Assembly (NCBI RefSeq): GCF_900083515.1
Contig: NZ_LT671858.1
Coordinates: 900,001-932,000 of the forward strand
Source of the DNA: Cuniculiplasma divulgatum
GTDB taxonomy: Archaea; Thermoplasmatota; Thermoplasmata; Thermoplasmatales; Thermoplasmataceae
Direction: 5' to 3'
DNA: 32,000 nt
This document shows positions 26,380 to 32,000 of the stretch, piece after piece. How positions within the stretch are numbered: the stretch's first letter is position 1; every line of letters begins with the position of its first letter. Position numbers and translations under genes: made by a program. The notes under the pieces are model-generated. The model did no database searches. It was not told the origin of the DNA and worked only from the letters and a program-made list of their open reading frames with translations.

Positions 26380-27318
26380 ATGGACTTCAGTCTTATGGAT
26401 GGAAAAGTTGAGTGTGGCGTTAGCTTAAGCATTAAGTTAAAGGGTGAATTATTCAATCTCATGAAAAATGCTGATGAAAGGATAGAGACATTTCTTTATG
26501 AGGATCACGAAGAACTTTTCATCAATCTTTATTTTAGCAAGTTTTCAAACAATTTGGGAAAATATAACTTCATCCTATCTCATAGAAACTTAAAGGAATC
26601 TGAATCATTTTTTACAATATCTGCAAAAATAGAGAATCCAACTCATTTTGATTTCGTGAAGAAAATTCTAAATTTTCCATCTGTAATTGTAGCCGGAACT
26701 TTCATGAAGCGGGATACTCTTTTCATACTGTACAGGTATCACGAAAATTATAAAGAAGAGATGAACTCATTACTGAATCTTTATATTGTGGAGCATGAAG
26801 GTATTGCAATTTCAGAAATAAGGAAATCCTATTCATTTAGAGACAGGATGATGAGAATTAATAAATTGTTCCCACTTGCAGTTTTGCAAACCTCAAGTAA
26901 ATACATTTCCAATAAACTGATCTCCTATATTTACAAGAATTCACCAGGATTTGTGGCAGAATTAGAAGGGAGAGGACTTACATCAGATGGAGTCAGGGCC
27001 TTAATATATTCTAATAGGAATTTGAATTTCAAAGGATTGATCGAGATTTCCAGAAATCAAAATATTTACGAGGCAAGGCATTATGAAAGTCTTTTTGTGG
27101 AAAGAAGAAGACTTGCCAATATGGAACGAATCCCAAGGATCGCCATTCTGTTTAGTGTTAAGGATGATAGAGCCTATATAACTTCGTTCCTGCCAGTGGA
27201 GGAAATGGATAACTATATGAGGATCTATTCAAAAACAGTAAATAAGGAATCAAGTTATGAACCTAACATTGAAGTGCTTTCTAAAATGAGGGAGGATATA
27301 TGGAACTGGCTGGAATAA
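26380..27318 (+). CDS. Uncharacterised protein, paralog 2 of the tandem triplet (312 aa from ATG 26380; ORF open from GTG 26362)
   Basis: GGAGG lies 8 nt upstream of ATG 26380. This start gives exactly the same length as paralogs 1 and 3. C-terminus RIPRIAILFSVKDDRAYITSFLPVEEMDNYMRIYSK... aligns with paralog 3 RIPRLATMLELKNGRLFNTTIVPSENSDEYIGIYSK... Confidence 0.75.
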   Translation: MDFSLMDGKVECGVSLSIKLKGELFNLMKNADERIETFLYEDHEELFINLYFSKFSNNLGKYNFILSHRNLKESESFFTISAKIENPTHFDFVKKILNFPSVIVAGTFMKRDTLFILYRYHENYKEEMNSLLNLYIVEHEGIAISEIRKSYSFRDRMMRINKLFPLAVLQTSSKYISNKLISYIYKNSPGFVAELEGRGLTSDGVRALIYSNRNLNFKGLIEISRNQNIYEARHYESLFVERRRLANMERIPRIAILFSVKDDRAYITSFLPVEEMDNYMRIYSKTVNKESSYEPNIEVLSKMREDIWNWLE

Positions 27319-27390
27319 TCGGGAGTAAATTTGGGGAATATTTCACTTATATTCTGTATGGCGAGATGTTTCATTTGTGGGTGAGATAGT

Positions 27391-28329
27391 ATGAACTTCA
27401 ACACAATTGATCATAAGATTGATCGCAGATGTTTAATCAGTATTCGTGGAGAAGATGAGATATTTGAAATAATGAAGGAAAATATGCAAAAATATAATGT
27501 TTTTCTATATAAAAATGAGGGTAAAATGTTCCTACAGGTTTACATTGAAAAGAAGTCTTTTGCTCCCAGATTTTTTTCAATGATCAAACTTATATCAACA
27601 TTCAGGGAAACTGAAAATTATTACAGCGTAATGGTGGATATTACAGAAAACAGTGGTGTTGGAATTATAAAAGAACTTCTTTCTATTAGATCAATTACAC
27701 TTGGTGAAACCTATCTTCTTGGAAATAGGATATATCTCACTTTCAAGTATCATCATGATTATTCAATTTCTCTTACAACAACACTTATAAAATGGATCGA
27801 TAGGAAAGAAAATATTCGGTTAGAAAACATCAGGCATTCCAGAACTTTTATTGAAGGGATGACTCTCCTGGTTAAATCCCTACCACTTACAGTAATACAG
27901 ACATCTACCATAATGCCTGAGGGTCATGGACCGCTCTATGAAATTGCCAGACAATATCCTGAAACAGTAACAGAAGTAGACGTCCGAAGTATGTCAATCA
28001 CATCGATAAAATGCCTATCCTATGCACAGCAGAAAATAGAAATTCCTGATATAAGTACAGTTTCAAATAGAGATTTTATTTATGAAACTATTGAACTGTC
28101 TGGTAGCCTTATGGATCGTGTTTTGAAACTAAACGAACTGAGGATACCAAGGCTGGCGACAATGCTTGAACTTAAGAATGGAAGACTGTTTAATACAACA
28201 ATTGTTCCTTCAGAAAATTCTGATGAATATATAGGTATTTACAGCAAATTTATGAAGAATGTATCACAGTATGATCCACGTATTGAAATATACAGCAATA
28301 TAAATGAAAAAGTGTGGTCGATGCTATAA
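27391..28329 (+). CDS. Uncharacterised protein, paralog 3 of the tandem triplet (312 aa)
   Basis: ATG is preceded by GGTGA (anti-SD complementary) at -8 nt. Colinear similarity to paralogs 1 and 2 along the full length. Confidence 0.75.
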   Translation: MNFNTIDHKIDRRCLISIRGEDEIFEIMKENMQKYNVFLYKNEGKMFLQVYIEKKSFAPRFFSMIKLISTFRETENYYSVMVDITENSGVGIIKELLSIRSITLGETYLLGNRIYLTFKYHHDYSISLTTTLIKWIDRKENIRLENIRHSRTFIEGMTLLVKSLPLTVIQTSTIMPEGHGPLYEIARQYPETVTEVDVRSMSITSIKCLSYAQQKIEIPDISTVSNRDFIYETIELSGSLMDRVLKLNELRIPRLATMLELKNGRLFNTTIVPSENSDEYIGIYSKFMKNVSQYDPRIEIYSNINEKVWSML

Positions 28330-28413
28330 CAACTATTGGTATGATTGCACTGTAAGTTCTTTATTTTATTTAATGGTAGGAAAATATATTATACTATTAT
28401 ATTGTGTTATTTT

Positions 28414-30195
28414 GTGAACAATTCATTATTTTATACTAACAACCTTGGGAGTCTTGAATTAAATTACGTAATAGATGAACTCAGAAGAAACTATGCACTT
28501 AAATACAGAGACCAGCCAGATATTAAACAGACTAACGCATGGAAGGGAAGCATTAAGGCATTAAAACAGTACATAAATCCAGGAACATGGGTATTTATGG
28601 AGTACGGTTTCCCCATAGGTTTGGAGAGGGTAGATTTTTTGATTGCCAGAAAGGGTCATGCATTTATTGTGGAATCCAAGGGATGGAATAACTACAGGAA
28701 AATTAATGAAATAGTCTCAATGGGAGATAATCAGGAAGTTGTCAATCCATGCTACCAGATGGAGAATTATGTTGCAAAGATGAGAAATTTTCACACTTCA
28801 TCCAGCTTGATTTCCTTTGATGGTTTCGTTTATATGTATAATACAAAGGATGGGAAAGAATGCAAAATTCTGTATAATGGCAGAGAGGTTGAAAGTGAAT
28901 TACAAATACTTCCTGTGGAAGTTTCCTCACAAGAAGAGGTGGATGCCATTGAGAACGGCACATTTAGAACAAGCAGAGAATTGATCGATTTTATTTCCGC
29001 AAATAGAGATCATATAATGGAAGATGTATCAAGAAAATTCCTGAATGCTGGATTTGGTCTTTCAGAGGAACAGGCAATAATAGTAGAAAAAATAATGAAT
29101 AGTATCAGGAAAGGAGAGAAAAAGAAGTATTTCATAAGCGGAGGAATGGGTTCGGGAAAAACACTTATGGCCATAAACCTTCTATTCATGGCATTAAGTG
29201 AAGGATATCAGGCACTTCTTGCTTATAGAAATAACAGGCTCATCAATACGTTAAGAAGGGTATTCGGTCCATCATATTCGTCATTGCTGTGCTTTTATTC
29301 CATGGGATTCAATGGACACTTTAAGGGTCTGGGCGAGGAAAACTTTGATCCTGAAAGACTTCAGCTTCAGAAACTACTTATATATGATGAGGCACAGCGT
29401 ATGACTATGGATGTAATTAGGAAGACTCTATCCTATGATAAAACTTCAGTTTATTTCTTTGACGAGAATCAAATTTTGATTGATGATGAATCTGGTGGAA
29501 AGGCTGTATTCAAATCTGAAGCTGAAAGATCAGGCACTGAGTTTGAATTCATATCCTTGAGCGGTTTTTTTAGGATGATAGACGGTGATAAATATGGTAG
29601 TTTTGTTGATGGTCTTTTCTCTAAAAGTAATTATTCTAATCCTGGTGAATATGACCTGAGACTGTTTGACAACATTAATAATATGATTGATGACCTGAAA
29701 CGTAAAGAGGAGAACGGGAATACAAGAATAGCCTTACTTGCATCATACACATTCAGTGATGGCAGGAAGGAAAAGAGGAGAGTTATTAATCCTGAAATAA
29801 AGTGGCTTATGGATCCAAAGACAGAGTACCCACAGTACTGGATGGGAATCCATGAAAACCCTTTCAAATACTGTGCTTCAATATATGGTTCCCAGGGATT
29901 TGAAACAGATTATGTTGGTCTGATATGGGGTGAGGACCTTGTGTGGAGAGGTAAATGGGTTGTGCAGCCAGAAAAAATTACCGATACAATAGGTGGGAGA
30001 TCATCATTAAAAAGTGTTTGCAGAAACAACCCTGACAGGGGAAGGGAGATGCTATTCAATAGATACAGGATTTTACTTACAAGAGGAATGAAAGGTACTT
30101 CTGTTTATTTTGAGGATAGGGAAACATATGAGCATGTAAGATCAATTTTGAGTCAGAGTGTTAACATTGTGTCATCCAGAGGGATTATAAAATAG
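28414..30195 (+). CDS. PD-(D/E)xK nuclease-like N-terminal domain fused to a DUF2075 / Schlafen-group-3-type P-loop helicase
   Basis: N-terminus TNAWKGSIKALKQYI ... ERVDFLIARKGHAFIVESKGW (D-x12-E-x-K). Walker A FISGGMGSGKTLMA, Walker B LLIYDEAQRM and C-terminal ILLTRGMKGTSVYF. The ORF is open from TTG 28345. I prefer GTG 28414 because an AAAATATATTATA box is centred about 27 nt upstream. TTG 28402 is also possible. Confidence 0.8.
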   Translation: MNNSLFYTNNLGSLELNYVIDELRRNYALKYRDQPDIKQTNAWKGSIKALKQYINPGTWVFMEYGFPIGLERVDFLIARKGHAFIVESKGWNNYRKINEIVSMGDNQEVVNPCYQMENYVAKMRNFHTSSSLISFDGFVYMYNTKDGKECKILYNGREVESELQILPVEVSSQEEVDAIENGTFRTSRELIDFISANRDHIMEDVSRKFLNAGFGLSEEQAIIVEKIMNSIRKGEKKKYFISGGMGSGKTLMAINLLFMALSEGYQALLAYRNNRLINTLRRVFGPSYSSLLCFYSMGFNGHFKGLGEENFDPERLQLQKLLIYDEAQRMTMDVIRKTLSYDKTSVYFFDENQILIDDESGGKAVFKSEAERSGTEFEFISLSGFFRMIDGDKYGSFVDGLFSKSNYSNPGEYDLRLFDNINNMIDDLKRKEENGNTRIALLASYTFSDGRKEKRRVINPEIKWLMDPKTEYPQYWMGIHENPFKYCASIYGSQGFETDYVGLIWGEDLVWRGKWVVQPEKITDTIGGRSSLKSVCRNNPDRGREMLFNRYRILLTRGMKGTSVYFEDRETYEHVRSILSQSVNIVSSRGIIK

Positions 30196-30521
30196 GAAAA
30201 ATTTCTTTTTAAAACAAGTGAGATTGCGAACAAGGTTAAGCAATTTAGATCAAACTTGAAAATTACAGATGAAGATGACCTGCCAAATGATATTAAAAAA
30301 AATATACACTCATCTGATAAAAATAAGGAAAAGAATATATTATGGATTATGCTGAGTAAACCTATAGTACCTAAGGCCTACTGTGTGGTTTTTCTAAACT
30401 ATATTGAGTATGCAAGAAGAACTGATGATAATTCTAAAGCTCAAAAAGGGAAATTTAATCAACCTTTCTCAGTCTAATAATTTTTAGTGATTCTTTAAAA
30501 GGCCATTTAGACTTAATGATA

Positions 30522-31046
30522 TTATTTTGGGAAGTATTCTCCTTTCTCAAGTATTACCTTTAATGGAACATTAACCGTACTTGACCCAATATTTACCTGT
30601 AGTATTCGCGTAGTCAGATTACTTAGAAAAGGTTTTATAATATCTTCATTTTTAAAGACTAAAACGTATTCGAACTCTACATTTAGACCTAGGTTTAACA
30701 GATTGTTCAATCCTAGTTTGCCTTCTTCTATCTTTTTCCCTAAAAAAAGATCAATGGTTGGTTGAAGTTTACCTTTGATTCTATTTATTAGTTGTTTCAA
30801 TTGATTATCCTTAAGAGAAGCGTTAACTCCTTTCATTTCGAATATAATGACTTTATTTTTCTTACTTCGATAAATTAGAGCTAGATCAGCATGTGGGGTA
30901 CTTTTCCCAAAACAGACCTCCTCCAGGTTCATAAGAGATACAAAGTTTTCTACCTTTTTAATTGTAACACTACAATTACAGTCCTTAAAATTAGTTGAAT
31001 AAGATCTTGCGTCATGATTTAATGTTCCACTCATAATTTCAATCAC
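30522..31046 (-). CDS. Small PD-(D/E)xK-like (Hjc/restriction-endonuclease-fold) hypothetical protein
   Basis: Motif HADLALIYRSKKNKVIIFEMKG (D-x15-E-x-K) in predicted strand context. 174 aa from GTG 31046, or 170 aa from ATG 31034. It lies 93 nt downstream of the ATPase gene on the same strand. Confidence 0.55.
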   Translation of the reverse strand: MIEIMSGTLNHDARSYSTNFKDCNCSVTIKKVENFVSLMNLEEVCFGKSTPHADLALIYRSKKNKVIIFEMKGVNASLKDNQLKQLINRIKGKLQPTIDLFLGKKIEEGKLGLNNLLNLGLNVEFEYVLVFKNEDIIKPFLSNLTTRILQVNIGSSTVNVPLKVILEKGEYFPK

Positions 31047-31139
31047 TCATCATTCTGTTCCTTCTACTAAGGTTACTGTCCAGTCTAGCAACTTCATAAG
31101 AACTTCATCTGTTATACCTGGTATTCCATTCTCAAACTC

Positions 31140-32000
31140 CTAGAGATTAATTTTCTTTACCCCCTTTATCCTATCAACAAAGTATGAATCAAATTCACAT
31201 TCCTGTAAAGATTTGGAAACCTGTTTGGCCAAGTCACTTATTTCAATCTTATCACTCCCTTTTCTTTCAACATTCATTACATTGTCAATTAAAGTCTGTA
31301 TCTTTTCTGGATTCGGTTTATACTTGTGGAGTAAATAAAAAACCTGACCTATGATGCTACTATGAGTCGAAAATACAATTCTTTTTCCCATTGAAGACAA
31401 TACAATCAGCGTTAGTGCCATTATAACTTGAGATGAAGGATGTAATTGAGATTCAGGTTCCTCTATTATTAGTAGTCCATTCTTCATAGACTTCGCCAGA
31501 AGGAGTATACCAGACACCTCACTAGCCATTGCTGAAGCGTATTTTAGATCGACCTTAACATTCATATTGTCCGTATAAAACAAACGTTTTGTTAGTTCAT
31601 CATATGATAAGTTACCTTGAAGAACTGTGAATGTATCAAATGGGAAATCTTTTTCGATGGAAACCATCTTCTCTGAAAAATCTATCCAATCAATAAAAGC
31701 CCTATATATGTACTCTGTAGAATCGTACAATAAATCATTATTTTCAAAGATGTTATAATTCTTAAAATAGCGATGAGAAATAATAAGAGGGGTTTTTCCA
31801 AAAGGTACAAAACGAACTTCACTAATGCTTGAAGAGAATTCTATTAAGGAATGCATATGAGCTAGGAAATAATCTACCATTGCCATAGAAATGCTCTTTG
31901 AGAAAGCTTTCGGAATCTCCCTAATCTCAAATAGACTGTATTTCGAAATTTTAACATTTCTAACTTGTGATACTATGCTTTTCGTCAATTGATTTAAGTT
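31140..32000 (-). CDS. ABC/AAA_21-AAA_15-type ATPase (OLD/Septu/Gabija-class ATPase fold), C-terminal part; N-terminus outside window
   Basis: Walker B/D-loop NGLLIIEEPESQLHPSSQ, signature-like ASEVSGILLLAKS and H-loop VFSTHSSIIG. The reading frame stays open to base 32000, so the Walker A region lies beyond the window. Confidence 0.8.
   Translation of the reverse strand, partial: NLNQLTKSIVSQVRNVKISKYSLFEIREIPKAFSKSISMAMVDYFLAHMHSLIEFSSSISEVRFVPFGKTPLIISHRYFKNYNIFENNDLLYDSTEYIYRAFIDWIDFSEKMVSIEKDFPFDTFTVLQGNLSYDELTKRLFYTDNMNVKVDLKYASAMASEVSGILLLAKSMKNGLLIIEEPESQLHPSSQVIMALTLIVLSSMGKRIVFSTHSSIIGQVFYLLHKYKPNPEKIQTLIDNVMNVERKGSDKIEISDLAKQVSKSLQECEFDSYFVDRIKGVKKINL

Noticed and set aside
26352-26411. 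TTGAACTTCAGTG upstream of paralog 2 resembles the starts of paralog 2 (ATGGACTTCAGTC) and paralog 3 (ATGAACTTCAACA). It suggests a vestigial duplicated start or a 19-codon uORF.
   Set aside because: Only a 10-of-13 nt match, out of frame with the main ORF and terminating after 19 codons. It may be a scar of the duplication but carries no demonstrable function.
25401-28329. The idea that the three paralogs are Bat/HTH_10-type or TrmB-like transcription factors. This rested on the N-terminal Cys-strand and PSV-containing segment, which vaguely recall the sensory region of haloarchaeal regulators.
   Set aside because: I cannot find the HTH_10 (LTxRQxEvL...GYF..PR) or a TrmB winged-helix motif in any copy. 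The resemblance is impressionistic and needs profile searches.
30256-30477. 73-aa TTG-initiated ORF in the convergent spacer between the helicase gene and the small nuclease-like gene.
   Set aside because: It has no ATG/GTG start with promoter or SD support and a lysine/asparagine-rich low-complexity N-terminus. It lies where two terminator regions are expected. It is kept only as a very weak possibility.
1-32000. A search by eye for CRISPR arrays, rRNA/tRNA genes, IS elements, integrases and long tandem repeats.
   Set aside because: No regularly spaced repeats, no GC-rich structured-RNA-like islands and no transposase or integrase motifs were seen on either strand.

Overview
AT-rich (roughly one-third G+C by eye) archaeal chromosomal segment. 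Gene content suggests an acidophilic Thermoplasmatales-like euryarchaeon: an all-TRASH copper-resistance locus, a diphosphomevalonate-decarboxylase-family homologue, and TATA-like boxes about 25 nt upstream of many start codons (leaderless-type promoters). This taxonomic call is inference only. Positions 1-19971 are densely packed with recognisable genes. They include the 3' end of an Opp/Dpp-type ABC ATPase, TrmB and a GH1 beta-glycosidase, a CBS protein, the cop locus (Lrp-TRASH regulator, 46-aa TRASH chaperone missing from the ORF track, P1B ATPase) and an esterase. They also include MarR with an MFS pump, an O-methyltransferase, a second MFS pump whose N-terminus is cut by an in-frame TAG, a 2H phosphoesterase, a one-domain Ogt and a DUF422-like membrane protein. 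A DUF1015-serA-aminotransferase operon and an MDD-family protein complete this part. Positions 19972-32000 look like a variable or accessory island. It has long AT-rich spacers, two orphan membrane proteins, a VapBC pair, an Nramp transporter killed by a single in-frame TGA and a TDT-family transporter. The most interesting part follows: three tandem, highly diverged paralogs of an unrecognisable family, each exactly 312 aa. They are followed on the same strand by a PD-(D/E)xK + DUF2075/Schlafen-type P-loop helicase. Convergent to this cluster is an ABC/AAA_21-like ATPase (runs off the window) with a small PD-(D/E)xK-like partner. I saw no rRNA, tRNA, CRISPR array, integrase or transposase. 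All homology statements come from motif recognition by eye, not from searches.
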